Shown piece by piece: positions 52,119 to 62,606 of a stretch of 64,000 bases of DNA; within the stretch, counting starts at the first letter, position 1; the number at the start of each line of letters is the position of its first letter. Below the pieces are notes generated by a model that worked only from the letters and a program-made list of their open reading frames with translations, was not told the DNA's origin and did no database searches. The translations under genes were made by a program, and so were the position numbers. The stretch comes from an uncultured Armatimonadetes bacterium (GTDB taxonomy: Bacteria; Armatimonadota; UBA5829; DTJY01). The stretch is taken from positions 1,696,001 through 1,760,000 of the forward strand of contig OY970325.1 of the NCBI GenBank assembly GCA_963717145.1, in the 5' to 3' direction.

Positions 52119-53135
52119 TTATATGATCAGCATCGCGTCGCCGAAGCTGAGGAAGCGGTAGTGCTCCCGTTTTGCTTCCTCATAGGCCACCATGATCCTG
52201 TCCCGCCCGGCAAACGTCGAGATCAGGATCAGCAGCGTCGACTTCGGCATATGAAAATTCGTGATGAGCCCGTCGAGCACTTTGAACTCGTATCCGGGCG
52301 TGATGTAGAGGCCGGTTTCGCCCAGGATCGGCGCGACTCGCCTCTTCCCCACCGCGGCGCTCTCCAGGACGCGGGCGGTCGTGGTGCCGACCGAGATGAT
52401 GCGCCCCGTCGCGGAGTTGATCGTCTCGGCGGCTTCCGGAGAGACCGAGACTCTCTCTTTGTGCATCACGTGTTCGGTAATATCCTCCGTCCGCACCGGC
52501 CGGAACGTCGCGATCCCTACCTGAAGCGTGACGGTCGCGGTACAAATGCCTCTGCCCCTCAGATCGTCCAGGAGCCTCGGAGTGAAATGCAGGCCGGCGG
52601 TCGGCGCGGCCGCGGAACCGGGCGATTCGGCATAGACCGTCTGGTATCTTGCGGCCTCCTCGAGCTTCTTCAGGATATACGGCGGAAGGGGTACCTCCCC
52701 CACCCGATCGATCTCCTCCGCCACATTCGGAGCGTCCCCGAAGTCGAGGATCCGGCCGCCGTCCTCCGTGCGGTCGACGACCTCCGCGCGAAGGTCGCAG
52801 TCAAAGTGAATCGCTGCCCCGACGGCCACACGCCGTCCGGGCTTGACGATGGCTTCCCACCTGTTCCGCCCCACCTGCCGAATCAGGAGCGCCTCGACTT
52901 TCCCACCGGTCGGCTTCACGCCATAGAGACGCCGGGCGGTGACCCTCGTATCGTTCATAACGAGGAGGTCGCCCGCCACCAGGTACTCCGGCAGGTCGAA
53001 AAACCGTCTGTGTTCGATCTCGCCGGTATCCCGATGCAACACCAGCAGCCTCGACCGGTCACGTTCCGGCAGCGGATCCTGAGCGATGAACTCGGGAGGC
53101 AGGACATAATCGTAATCGCTGAGACGAGTGGTCAT
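52119..53135 (-). CDS. queA: tRNA preQ1 SAM ribosyltransferase-isomerase
   Basis: IAQDP, NDTRV, PLPPYI, AAPTAGLHFT, TNFHMPKSTL, FLSFGDAM. Confidence 0.97.
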   Translation of the reverse strand: MTTRLSDYDYVLPPEFIAQDPLPERDRSRLLVLHRDTGEIEHRRFFDLPEYLVAGDLLVMNDTRVTARRLYGVKPTGGKVEALLIRQVGRNRWEAIVKPGRRVAVGAAIHFDCDLRAEVVDRTEDGGRILDFGDAPNVAEEIDRVGEVPLPPYILKKLEEAARYQTVYAESPGSAAAPTAGLHFTPRLLDDLRGRGICTATVTLQVGIATFRPVRTEDITEHVMHKERVSVSPEAAETINSATGRIISVGTTTARVLESAAVGKRRVAPILGETGLYITPGYEFKVLDGLITNFHMPKSTLLILISTFAGRDRIMVAYEEAKREHYRFLSFGDAMLII

Positions 53136-53138
53136 CGC

Positions 53139-54671
53139 TCACGATCCGATCCCTTTGCGGAATTCCTCGAGTTCCGACTTCGCCTCTTCACGGAACAGGG
53201 AAGCCTGCTCCGAGTAATCCTGCTTGTCAGTCTCGAGATACAGAACCAGTGAACCCGCGGACTGAGATAGCAGGTTCACGCAGAGTACGGCGTGTGAATG
53301 AGCAGACTTGAGGCTCTCCGGCGCTGTCTGGGTCGACATGAACGACGCCAAACCGTCTATCCGAGCGACCATGTCGGTGCAATCACGGTAGTAATCCTCG
53401 CGAGTCAGTTGCTTGTCCTGGTACTCGGCCCAGGAACTGTCAAGCTTGGCGAGAATCTCCGTCAGTTGGGTGTCGATCAACCCGGCCGAGAGCTTGTATC
53501 GGGCGACGGGATCCATCTCGGCGCCACCCGGCTTGCCGGCTATGAGATGCTCGATCGCCAGGGCATAGTTCCTGCGCGCCCAGTAGAGCTTGAACAGACG
53601 CTCATGCGGAAGCGTATTGGCAGGATCGATCTTCGCGGCCTCCTCGAAAACGGCAGCCGCCTCGTCCAGTTTATTCTGATTCCAAAGGATGTTCCCCACG
53701 GAGACACGGGCCTGCACACTCGTCGGGTCGAGGCGGACCACCTCGCGGAACTGATCGGCTGCCTCTCTCAGCGCCCCATTGGCCAGGTATAGCTGCCCAA
53801 GAGCGTCATAGATGGCAGGTTCGTCAGGCCTGAAGAGGAGCGCCCGCTTCAGTTCGTCGGCAGCGTCTTCCGGCATTCCGGCAGCGGAATAGGCCTCGGC
53901 GAGCTTGAGCCGCACGCTGGCCGTCTTCGGCTCGATGTTAACTGCCTGGCGAAGCTCATAGATGACGTTTCGCTGATCGTCCCGCTTCGCATAGGCATCA
54001 GCCGCGTTCATGTGCGCTGTGAACTCGGCCGTCAGGTCTCTCGTCGTGGGCTGTTCCACGGGAACGGCGGGGGCAGCGGGTGTCAGCGTCGAAGGGGGCT
54101 CCGTGACCACAAAGCCGGATTTGGGCTTGAGCTTGTCGAAGGCGGCGATATCGATCTCGGAAACCGCCGCACTGGCTGCGGTGTTGATGGCATTCCTGCG
54201 GCTGATCACACCCTGAGGACCGTCATTCTGGGCGATTCCACTCTCGGCTCCCGCTGTCCACTCCCCTTTGCCGGAGGTCGGGATCAGGCGCAGGGCGATG
54301 AGCGCCGCATTCGGCCTGAGTTCGCCATGGACGCTCAGTATGTAGTCTGCCTTGAGCAAATCGGCTATCTCTTTGGCGGTCTTGGGGTCGGAAATCTTGT
54401 TGAGCCAATCATCCCCGAACTTGCGCTCCAGGATGTACCGAGCGATCGTGGGATTCTCGAGGTCGAAGGCAACTACAGTGACCTTGCCGATCGCCGACAG
54501 ATATGTGCTGACGGCCGCCACCGACTCGAGGTCTCCTGCAGCCGCGCCCTCGCCCACTGTGCCGGGCATAACCAGCACTACGGGGGCACGATCCTCCTCG
54601 GCCCATCCGCCGACTACGGAGATCATCATCAAGAATATGAAAACCAGTGTGAGCCTTCGCCCGCCCGCCAT
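53139..54671 (-). CDS. Secreted TPR protein
   Basis: Signal peptide and tandem TPR-like repeats. Confidence 0.8.
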   Translation of the reverse strand: MAGGRRLTLVFIFLMMISVVGGWAEEDRAPVVLVMPGTVGEGAAAGDLESVAAVSTYLSAIGKVTVVAFDLENPTIARYILERKFGDDWLNKISDPKTAKEIADLLKADYILSVHGELRPNAALIALRLIPTSGKGEWTAGAESGIAQNDGPQGVISRRNAINTAASAAVSEIDIAAFDKLKPKSGFVVTEPPSTLTPAAPAVPVEQPTTRDLTAEFTAHMNAADAYAKRDDQRNVIYELRQAVNIEPKTASVRLKLAEAYSAAGMPEDAADELKRALLFRPDEPAIYDALGQLYLANGALREAADQFREVVRLDPTSVQARVSVGNILWNQNKLDEAAAVFEEAAKIDPANTLPHERLFKLYWARRNYALAIEHLIAGKPGGAEMDPVARYKLSAGLIDTQLTEILAKLDSSWAEYQDKQLTREDYYRDCTDMVARIDGLASFMSTQTAPESLKSAHSHAVLCVNLLSQSAGSLVLYLETDKQDYSEQASLFREEAKSELEEFRKGIGS

Positions 54672-54682
54672 AGATACACCTG

Positions 54683-55897
54683 CTACTTCATGTTGCGGCT
54701 GACTTCGATTCCGGCCTCGCAGGCACGGATGCCGTTCTGAACCTCGGTCTGGCTTCTGCCGGATGCCAACTGGTCGCGATACGCCTTGATGCCCCGGTTG
54801 TAGTTGTCGATGGCGGCGTCATGTTGACCCATCCGCTGATACGACATCGCCATCTTCTGGTACACGCCCGCCGGATCGCTCGTCTGATTGAGGGCTTCCT
54901 TGTAGGCGACTATCGCGTCATCGTACTTGCCCAGGCGATGAAGTTGCACGCCTCGCTGCTCGGCGTTCTTCGCAGACTGAGCAGGGGCAGTCGTGCTCGG
55001 CGGCGACGGAGCCGGTTTCGGTGGAGTGGCATTCGCCGGCGGCTTGGTGGTTGGGCCGAGGATCGGAGTTATGATCGGCTTATCCGCGCCGGGAGTCTTG
55101 TCCTCCGGCTTCACGAGCGGCTGAGCGCCTGCTCCCGGTCGGACCGCGGGTATACCGGGCTTCGCCTTCTTCTCAGCCGGCGTAACGGTTCCGGTCGCTT
55201 CCTCGTCCTGCTGTGCACCAGCCGGCGACTGAACGCCGGGCTGCTGCTGACCCGTGGCGGTCTGATTCGGACCCAATGCACTCGGACCGTAGGGAGACGG
55301 CTGACCGGGAATGCCGGTGGTAGGACCGGCCATGGGTTTGCCCGTCTCGGTACGCAGACCGGCGTTCTTACCCGACCCGCCTCGAAGGATCAGGCCGCCC
55401 ACCACCACGAACAGCCCGAATGTGAGGATAGCAGTGACCCATGGAATCGCCGCCTGACGGTTCCGCAACCACTTGATGTCACCAAGCCGGAACTTGGGCG
55501 ACGGCGTCACATCGATCGGGATCGGCGCTAAGAGCCGGGCACGGAGCTGTTCGAGCTTCCGTCTGTCCTCGAGGCTCCCAGGCTCGAGCGAGACAACTCG
55601 TTCGTACTCGTAGATCGCACGAGCGAGGTCGCCCTTGCGGTCGTAGAGCGATGCCAGGAGCGAATGGGTTGCGGGATTGGCGTGGTTGATGGCCAGCGCG
55701 CCCTCGCATGCCTTGATTGCATTCTCCAAGTGGCCCGCCTCGCTCTCCCTGTAGGCGAGGTAAACAAACTCCCCGACTTTCAGGTGCTCGTCGAGGGTGA
55801 GCCCACTCGTCTTGGAGGAATCGGGAAGCCCGTTTCCGCATTCTTTGCAGTATTTGCTGCCGGCGTCATTTGCCGTGCCACACTTGTCGCAGTTCAT
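54683..55897 (-). CDS. Zinc-ribbon/TPR membrane protein
   Basis: CDKCG...CKECG, TPRs on both sides of a TM helix, Pro-rich linker. Confidence 0.8.
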   Translation of the reverse strand: MNCDKCGTANDAGSKYCKECGNGLPDSSKTSGLTLDEHLKVGEFVYLAYRESEAGHLENAIKACEGALAINHANPATHSLLASLYDRKGDLARAIYEYERVVSLEPGSLEDRRKLEQLRARLLAPIPIDVTPSPKFRLGDIKWLRNRQAAIPWVTAILTFGLFVVVGGLILRGGSGKNAGLRTETGKPMAGPTTGIPGQPSPYGPSALGPNQTATGQQQPGVQSPAGAQQDEEATGTVTPAEKKAKPGIPAVRPGAGAQPLVKPEDKTPGADKPIITPILGPTTKPPANATPPKPAPSPPSTTAPAQSAKNAEQRGVQLHRLGKYDDAIVAYKEALNQTSDPAGVYQKMAMSYQRMGQHDAAIDNYNRGIKAYRDQLASGRSQTEVQNGIRACEAGIEVSRNMK

Positions 55898-55977
55898 AGT
55901 CAAAAGTCGAAGCTCCACATTCAAGGTTCAAGCCCACTTACAGGTACGCTCAACATCGGCATTGCGTTTCCTCAAAA

Positions 55978-56006
55978 ACCGTAGGGGAGGCCTTCAACGG
56001 CCTCCC
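55978..56006 (+). repeat. Single REP, family C
   Basis: Identical to the 29-bp arm within gltX. Confidence 0.85.
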
Positions 56007-56029
56007 GCGGGGCAACCGAACCGGCGTCT

Positions 56030-56908
56030 CTAGTAGATCACCTTGTTCAATGGGTACTCCACGAGTCCCTCTGCGCCCGCATGCCGAAGCTTGGGAATCA
56101 GATCCCTCACGGTCTCCTCGTTTATGACGGTCTCAACCGCCACCCAGGTTTCATCTGCGAGCGGAGATAATGTCGGCCTGTTCAGCGCCGGTAGGATCGC
56201 CGTGATCTTGTCGAGATCGGCCCTGCGCACGTTCATCTTGAGTCCGACGAGTCGCTCGGCATTCAGCGCACCCGTGAGAAGCATGCTGATCTGTTCCATT
56301 TTCCCATGCTTCCAGGTGTCCTCCCACGCTGCCTTGTTCGCGATCAGCCGGGCCGTCGATTCCAGGATCGTCTCCATTATGCGAAGGTTGTTCGCCCGGA
56401 TCGAGCTTCCGGTCTCGGTGTTAACAACGATAGCATCGGCGAGTTGAGGGACCTTCATCTCGCAGGCGCCCCATGAGAACTCGACCTGCGCGGTGACACC
56501 ATTCTCGGCCAGCCAGCGCTTGGTGAGATTCACATACTCGGTCGAGATGCGCTTGCCCTCGAGGTCTTTTGCGGACCGGATGCTTCCGGCTTCCTCGACC
56601 GCCACGACAACACGGAGCGGTCGGGTCGTCGTCTTGTTGTAAGAAAGATCGGCGACCTCCACGACATCGGCATCGTTGTCGACAACCCAGTCCCGTCCTG
56701 TCAGCCCGGCATCGAGCACGCCGTCCTGGACGTATCGTGGGATCTCCTGGGGCCTGACCAGCAGGGCATCGATCTCCTCATCGTCGCAAGATGGGGCATA
56801 CGACCGGCCACCGACCCGGAAGTCCCAGCCAGCTTTCTTGAACATCGCAAATGTGGATTCCTGGAGGCTGCCCTTCGGAAGCCCGATCTTCAGTTTCAAA
56901 TGAGTCAC
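56030..56908 (-). CDS. hisG: ATP phosphoribosyltransferase (long form)
   Basis: GLPKGSL, RPQEIP, DAGLTG.D, TETGSS..ANNL, C-terminal regulatory domain. Confidence 0.95.
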   Translation of the reverse strand: MTHLKLKIGLPKGSLQESTFAMFKKAGWDFRVGGRSYAPSCDDEEIDALLVRPQEIPRYVQDGVLDAGLTGRDWVVDNDADVVEVADLSYNKTTTRPLRVVVAVEEAGSIRSAKDLEGKRISTEYVNLTKRWLAENGVTAQVEFSWGACEMKVPQLADAIVVNTETGSSIRANNLRIMETILESTARLIANKAAWEDTWKHGKMEQISMLLTGALNAERLVGLKMNVRRADLDKITAILPALNRPTLSPLADETWVAVETVINEETVRDLIPKLRHAGAEGLVEYPLNKVIY

Positions 56909-56974
56909 CTCGGTTGGATGTCGACTTCGTTCTCACGCGCTTACAACTCTCGTTGGGGCGGGAGGCGCATACAG

Positions 56975-57003
56975 AGTATACAGAAAACCGGATGCGGGGT
57001 CAA
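56975..57003 (-). promoter_or_regulatory. sigma70 promoter of hisG
   Basis: TTGACC-N17-TATACT. Confidence 0.6.
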
Positions 57004-57147
57004 GGTTTATGCCCGTAAACATATACATAGGCTGGTTTCGTTGGAGAAAGCAGGTCAGCCTTATGAAACTGAACGGCTCATCCGATAATCAAAGCTGGAA
57101 GCGCTTGGCAGTCTATCCGAGGAATATCACCGACAGGAAGTGCTGGA

Positions 57148-57657
57148 ATGACGGAAACCGTGTACGCAATTGACATAGCCCTGGAGTCACTGATCGCCGG
57201 GATGTGCGATCGAAATCCCGACGAGTGGCACCACTGTCGAAGGGTCGAGCGGATCTGCGGCCTGGTTGCCAGAGAACTCGACTGGGAGACTGAGAAGATC
57301 GCCAACCTGAAGCTTGCGGCGCTTCTGCATCATCTGGACAGGTCTCATGTGCCTGAAGCGGCGCTGACGACACCCGTGGCCGCATACCTGCACCAGTTCG
57401 CGGAACGCATGCAGCAGGCCGAGCAGTCCCAGCGCAGGGACCCCTCGCATGAGGATGAAGCCGCCGAGATCATCGCGGTGGCCGACTCTTTCGACCGTCT
57501 GGTCTCGCCGCAGAGATACCGCAGGCCGATCGTGGAGACGGATGCGATCAAGGTGCTCCGTTACGATGCCGGCGGGGTCTTCTCAGAAGCGGTGGTCGAT
57601 GCGTTCTGCCGAGTGTATGACGTAGGATTCGAGACGCCCGAATCGAAAGCTGCATAG
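57148..57657 (+). CDS. Degenerate HD-GYP-like protein
   Basis: HCRRV, AALLHH, IIAVADSFD, RYR. No GYP motif. Confidence 0.7.
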   Translation: MTETVYAIDIALESLIAGMCDRNPDEWHHCRRVERICGLVARELDWETEKIANLKLAALLHHLDRSHVPEAALTTPVAAYLHQFAERMQQAEQSQRRDPSHEDEAAEIIAVADSFDRLVSPQRYRRPIVETDAIKVLRYDAGGVFSEAVVDAFCRVYDVGFETPESKAA

Positions 57658-57670
57658 CCCATTCCGCATT

Positions 57671-58751
57671 TCACCACAGCGGTGGCAGCGCCGATCCCGA
57701 GTCGTCGTCGCCCTTCGGAAGCACTATCGTGAACGTGCTCCCCTTGCCCACTTCGCTCTCGACCTTCACCCGACCGCCATGCGCCTCGACGATGTTCCGC
57801 ACGATCGCGAGCCCGAGCCCGGTTCCGCCGAGTTTGCGGGATCGAGCCTTGTCGACGCGGTAGAACCGCTCGAAGATGCGGTCCAGGTCCTGAAGCGGGA
57901 TACCGAGGCCGGTGTCCCGCATCGAGACACTGACGAAGTCGTCCGCCTCCCTGCCGAAGATCTCGATCGATCCGCCGCTGGGCGTGTACTTGATCGCGTT
58001 ATCGAGCAGATTGACCATCACCTGCTTGAACTGCCGGCGGTCGACGAGCGCAGTCAAGTCGTTGCGCAGGCTGACGGAGACGCTCAGCCCGCCGACCTCT
58101 GCGCTGCTCCGGAGGTCGCGCACGGCCTCCTCGACCAAGGGTCGCAGCGGCACTATCGTCCTGACCAGATCCGTCTTCCCGGATTCCAACTCTGAGAGGT
58201 CCAGCAGGTTCTCGAGCAGCAGCGAGAGCCTCTCGATCTCGGAGTCGAGGTTGCCGATGAACCGAGCGGCCGCCTCGGGGTCATCCATCGCTCCGGACTG
58301 CAGAGCGCCGACGACCGCACGCACCGCGGCCACCGGGGTGCGTAGTTCGTGGCTCACGTTGGCCACGAAGTCTTGACGCATCTCGACGAGACGCCGGTAC
58401 TCCGTGATGTCCCTCAGCACGACCACCCCGCCCGCGATATTCCCCTCCTGATCGTTGAATGGTGAGGCGTAGGCGTTGTACTGCTCGACGCACCGGCATG
58501 CTCACCTCGATCTCTTTCCGAACCATCTTGCCGCCCTCGAGGGCCTGCCTGATGATTGAATCGACGTCGTGGAGTGCGCTGTACTCGCCGGGAGTGTGGC
58601 CGGTGATCCGATCCTGCGTAATGCCGAACACTCGCTCGGATGCGGGGTTGAAGAGGGTGACCCGACACTCAGCATCGGTGACGATGATCGGATCGGCCAT
58701 GGTGGAGAGAATCACATCGAGTAGGAAGCCGACATCCGCCATTGGTCTCAC
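57671..58751 (-). CDS. PhoR-like PAS histidine kinase, frameshifted near 58488
   Basis: The PAS ORF continues after a one-base shift as QYNAYASPFNDQEGNIAGGVVVLRDITE. FVANVSHELRTP, RIFERFYRVDKARSR. Confidence 0.85.
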
Positions 58752-59449
58752 TGCTCATCGCTCGGGGTGACGAACATGTAGCCGACGCCGCGAACGGTGA
58801 CGATCCGCTTCGGCGCGCTCGGGTCGTCTTCCACTTTCTCGCGGACCCATCGAATGTGGACGTCCAACGTGCGGGTACTGCTGCGCCCTTCGTCCGACCA
58901 TACGGATTTCAGCAGTGCGCTTCGCGTCATCACGCGGTCGCGGTTCTTGACCAGTGCGCGCAACAACTCGAATTCTTTCAGAGAGAGGTGTACCGGTTGG
59001 CCGCCGACCATGACCTGGCGGCGTCGGTGGTCCACGGTCAGGTTGCCAACGCTCATAACGTCCTGGGGCGTATCGTCGGGCAGCATTCGAGAACGTCGCA
59101 GCACGGATTTCACACGGGCGATGAGTTCCCGCATGCTGAAAGGCTTGATCACGTAATCGTCCGCGCCGAGTTCGAGGCCCACGACGCGGTCGATCTCCTC
59201 GCCGCGAGCAGTGAGCATGATGATCGGCGTGCTGCCCTCCGCCCGGATCGCACGGCAGATGTCGAATCCATCCATCGAAGGCAGCATGAGATCGAGCAGG
59301 ATGAGGTCGGGGGCAAGCTCGCGTGCCTTCGCCAGACCCTCAGCGCCGTCCTGGACGCTGCTGGCATCGTAGCCCTCCCGGCGAAGCGCATAGGCTACCG
59401 AATCGGCGATCAGAACCTCATCTTCGATTATCAGGATTCGCTCGTTCAC
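58748..59449 (-). CDS. OmpR/PhoB family response regulator
   Basis: IEDE, LDLMLP, GADDYVIKPF, DVHIRW.R.K, TVRGVGY. Confidence 0.95.
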   Translation of the reverse strand: MNERILIIEDEVLIADSVAYALRREGYDASSVQDGAEGLAKARELAPDLILLDLMLPSMDGFDICRAIRAEGSTPIIMLTARGEEIDRVVGLELGADDYVIKPFSMRELIARVKSVLRRSRMLPDDTPQDVMSVGNLTVDHRRRQVMVGGQPVHLSLKEFELLRALVKNRDRVMTRSALLKSVWSDEGRSSTRTLDVHIRWVREKVEDDPSAPKRIVTVRGVGYMFVTPSDEQ

Positions 59450-59488
59450 GCATTCACTCCACGTCCGCGAAACTCATTTTCGAGTTCA

Positions 59489-59517
59489 AATATACGCCTG
59501 TTTGATATCCTTGTCAA
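59489..59517 (-). promoter_or_regulatory. sigma70 promoter of the response regulator operon
   Basis: TTGACA-N17-TATATT. Confidence 0.7.
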
Positions 59518-59519
59518 GC

Positions 59520-59546
59520 AAAAGGAGGCCGTTTCCGGCCTCCTTT
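59520..59546 (-). terminator. Intrinsic terminator after the PEP-CTERM gene
   Basis: AAAGGAGGCC/GGCCTCCTTT hairpin with T-tract. Confidence 0.7.
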
Positions 59547-59608
59547 GCAGCGTCAGTATCGTCAGACGGCCGTGCTTCCATGCCGGCCATCGAGGTGTGA
59601 GTGGCGTA

Positions 59609-60280
59609 TCAGGATCGGCGATATCTCATGGCCAGACCGAGCAGTCCGGGAATGCCGGTCAGGAGTGCAAGCAGACCGGAGGGCTCGGGGACCGGAGTGT
59701 AGTCGTATCTCACGGTGGCTTCGGCTGATGCCAGCGTGTTGAACTGGAGAAGCAGATTGCCCGCGCCGCTGCCGGATGAGAAACCCTCGGCGTTGACCGG
59801 AAGCACGATGTTGCCCGTCCCGCTGAACAGGGCGAAGTCGGAAACCGGCGGAGGGCTGACCGCGCTCTCTGAGTGATTGGCGGACAGGTTCTCGTGGGTG
59901 CGTCCGGAAAGACCGCCGAAATCCGTTATCCCGTCGAAAGCCGAGATCAACTCGGTGACGGATGCCACAGGAATGGTGACGACGATCACACTCATGTCCG
60001 GGCGCATCAACGTCAGCTTGGCGGAAAGGTCTACAGTCACGTTGGCGGGAACGGTCTCCAGGCTCTCGAGCCTGGCAGCTCCCTCGACGTGCCCGGCAAG
60101 AATGAACGTGATCTGGTCAAGGGTTCCGAGCGTCGTGTCGAACTTGGGGATGGATATGGTGTTCGCCCAGTTCGTCGTCGACAGCGAGATAGTGTCAGTG
60201 TAAGTCAGTTGCGCGGCGTCGACACATCCAAGGGATACTGCGATCATCAGCAAGCAAAATACGGTGATTGTTCTACTCAT
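59609..60280 (-). CDS. PEP-CTERM sorted protein (choice-of-anchor E-like)
   Basis: Signal peptide, PKFDTTLGTL, C-terminal VPEPSGLLALL...RYRRS. Confidence 0.85.
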   Translation of the reverse strand: MSRTITVFCLLMIAVSLGCVDAAQLTYTDTISLSTTNWANTISIPKFDTTLGTLDQITFILAGHVEGAARLESLETVPANVTVDLSAKLTLMRPDMSVIVVTIPVASVTELISAFDGITDFGGLSGRTHENLSANHSESAVSPPPVSDFALFSGTGNIVLPVNAEGFSSGSGAGNLLLQFNTLASAEATVRYDYTPVPEPSGLLALLTGIPGLLGLAMRYRRS

Positions 60281-60363
60281 ACTCTTCCTCCATGTTTATC
60301 TGCTCGAGTCGGTGTCTTGGCCAGGCCCGGCTCGGCGATATTCCTTGTACACGGTCAAATGAG

Positions 60364-60380
60364 TGCAAGATTCGTGCCAA
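60364..60380 (-). promoter_or_regulatory. sigma54 (-24/-12) promoter upstream of the PEP-CTERM gene
   Basis: TTGGCACGAATCTTGCA matches TGGCACG-N4-TTGC. Confidence 0.75.
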
Positions 60381-60550
60381 AACGCTGATTAAGCTACCTT
60401 ATCAGCGTTTTCTAGTATTTATACCTGGTAGTTGTAGTGGAGACCATGACGCCGAGGAGTAACAGGAGGATTACTCTCGCTCGCGCTTAACTGTGAGAGG
60501 AAGATTCACGCCGGTTCAGCCGGCATATCAAACTCACAGGAGCATATTCA

Positions 60551-61555
60551 ATGAGCGAGCGCAAGGTGAAGGCAGCAGTGGTGGGATACGGCGCGTCCTT
60601 CAATATGGGCAAAAACCACGCACAGTGGATGAATGACTCGGGCCGCATCCAGACAGTGGCCGCATGCGACATCGATCCATCGAGAATGGTCGCCGCCGCC
60701 GCGGACTATCCAGGCGTCAAGACCTATCCCCACATCGACGATCTGCTGAAGAAGAGCGACGCCGAGTTGGTGGTCGTCATCACGCCGCACAACACGCACG
60801 CCGAACTCGCAATTGCGGCTCTCAATGCCGGGCGGAGCGTCGTGACCGAGAAGCCGATGTGCTGCTCGGTCGCTGAGGCCACCGCGATGATCGAGGCGGC
60901 GAAGAAGAACAAGGTGACGCTCACCGTCTTCCATAACCGCAGGCACGACGGCGACTTCAAGGCAATCAAGACGGTCATCGACAAGGGCACCATCGGCGAA
61001 GTCTTCCAGCTCGAGGCGTTCATGGGCGGGTTCAGCCGGCCGGGCAACTGGTGGCGCTCGGACAAAAGGATCTCCGGGGGATGCCTGTACGATTGGGGCG
61101 CGCATTTCGCCGACTGGATCCTCAACTTCATGCCTGGCGAGATGGAGAGCGTGACGGGTTTCTTCCACAATCGCGTGTGGCATGAGTTCACGAATGAAGA
61201 TCAGACCCAGGCGATCATCAAGTTCAAGAACGGCGCGACCGCCAACCTGACGATCTCGACGATCGCCTATGCCGGGAAGCCGCGGTTCCGCATCCTGGGA
61301 ACCAAGGGCGCGATCGTCGACCACTGGGGCGGAAGCTTCAAGGTGCAGACCGAGGTTGATGGGTTGCGCGTCGAGGGCGACGTGAAGTACCAGGAAGGCA
61401 CATGGCCGCTGTACTACGTGAACTTGGCGGCTCATCTGCTCGACGGCGCGCCTTTGGAGGTGACCCCTGAGTCGGCGCGGCGCACGATCGTCATCTTCGA
61501 GACGGCGGAGAAGTCGGCAAAGAGCGGGAAGACTGAGCCGGTGCCATTCGCGTAA
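60551..61555 (+). CDS. Gfo/Idh/MocA family oxidoreductase
   Basis: VVGYG, TEKPM, HNRR, GGCLYDWGAH. Confidence 0.92.
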   Translation: MSERKVKAAVVGYGASFNMGKNHAQWMNDSGRIQTVAACDIDPSRMVAAAADYPGVKTYPHIDDLLKKSDAELVVVITPHNTHAELAIAALNAGRSVVTEKPMCCSVAEATAMIEAAKKNKVTLTVFHNRRHDGDFKAIKTVIDKGTIGEVFQLEAFMGGFSRPGNWWRSDKRISGGCLYDWGAHFADWILNFMPGEMESVTGFFHNRVWHEFTNEDQTQAIIKFKNGATANLTISTIAYAGKPRFRILGTKGAIVDHWGGSFKVQTEVDGLRVEGDVKYQEGTWPLYYVNLAAHLLDGAPLEVTPESARRTIVIFETAEKSAKSGKTEPVPFA

Positions 61556-61570
61556 CCAATCACCGCGAGC

Positions 61571-61671
61571 AACCGCCAAGATCGCCAAGGAATCAAGAAG
61601 GTTCCTTGGCGATCTTCAGAGCAGCGGATGAATATGCTGGTTCGGGCGGATTTGTAATCCAGCCCGAACCA
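61571..61671. repeat. Two hairpins between convergent genes (CGCCAAG repeat hairpin; GGTTCGGGCGGATTTGTAATCC REP-like)
   Basis: Inverted repeats at 61578-61616 and 61638-61671. Confidence 0.55.
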
Positions 61672-61685
61672 ACACTTTGGGGTGG

Positions 61686-62535
61686 CTATCCGATAGACAA
61701 AACCGCGTTGTCGATCAGGCGCGTGCGGCCGATACGGACGGCCAGGGCGACCAGGACTCGATCGCCTATCCGATCGACCGGCTGAAGGGTCTCGGGATCG
61801 ACGACCGTCACGTAGTCGATGTCCGCAAGCGGCTCACCACCGATGAACTCCTGGACGCGGTCGCACAGCTCGCGACCGTCCCTCAGTCCGTCAGCGCACC
61901 AACTCCTGCGCGTGATCCAGCGACTTCCGCAGGATGAGCGCCGCCTCACGTTCCTCGGGGCTCAGATACGAGTTGCGGGATGACATCGCCAGGCCGTCGG
62001 GCTCGCGGACGGTCGGGACCGGCACGATCTCGAGCGGCATATCGAGGTCCTTGACCATCCGCTCGATGACCTTGAGCTGCTGCACGTCCTTCATCCCGAA
62101 GTAGGCTCGATCCGGCTGAACGATGTTGAACAGCTTGGCGACGACCGTGGTCACACCCCTGAAGTGATGCGGCCTCGACGCGCCGCAAAGCCCATCGGTG
62201 AGCCGTTCGACCTCGACATATGACGAGTACCCTTCGGGGTACATCTCCTCGACCGACGGATTGAAGATCACGTGCGCGCCGACGCTCTTCGCCATCTCGG
62301 CATCTCGGTCGAGGTCACGCGGATAGCTATGGAAGTCTTCGTTCGGGCCGAACTGGGTGGGGTTGACGAAGAGGCTGACGACCACGAGAGCGTTTTGCTT
62401 CCCAGCCGCCCTCATGAGAGCCAGATGTCCCTCGTGGAAGTAGCCCATCGTCGGGACGAGCCCGACGCGATTGGCCGTGGACCTCGCGTGCCTGACATAG
62501 CCCCGCATCTCTGAAATAGTGTGAAGGATGATCAC
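61686..62535 (-). CDS. panC: Pantoate-beta-alanine ligase, frameshifted near 61896
   Basis: VPTMGYFHEGH, FVNPTQF, GMKD.QQ, DGLAMSSRN. The C-terminal TRLIDN is in the shifted frame. Confidence 0.9.
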
Positions 62536-62606
62536 CGGTTTCCACCCGCCTTGGCGCCAATTCTGCCACAGACGAGCGGGCGAAAGCAAGTCCGGCGTTG
62601 AAGCGG

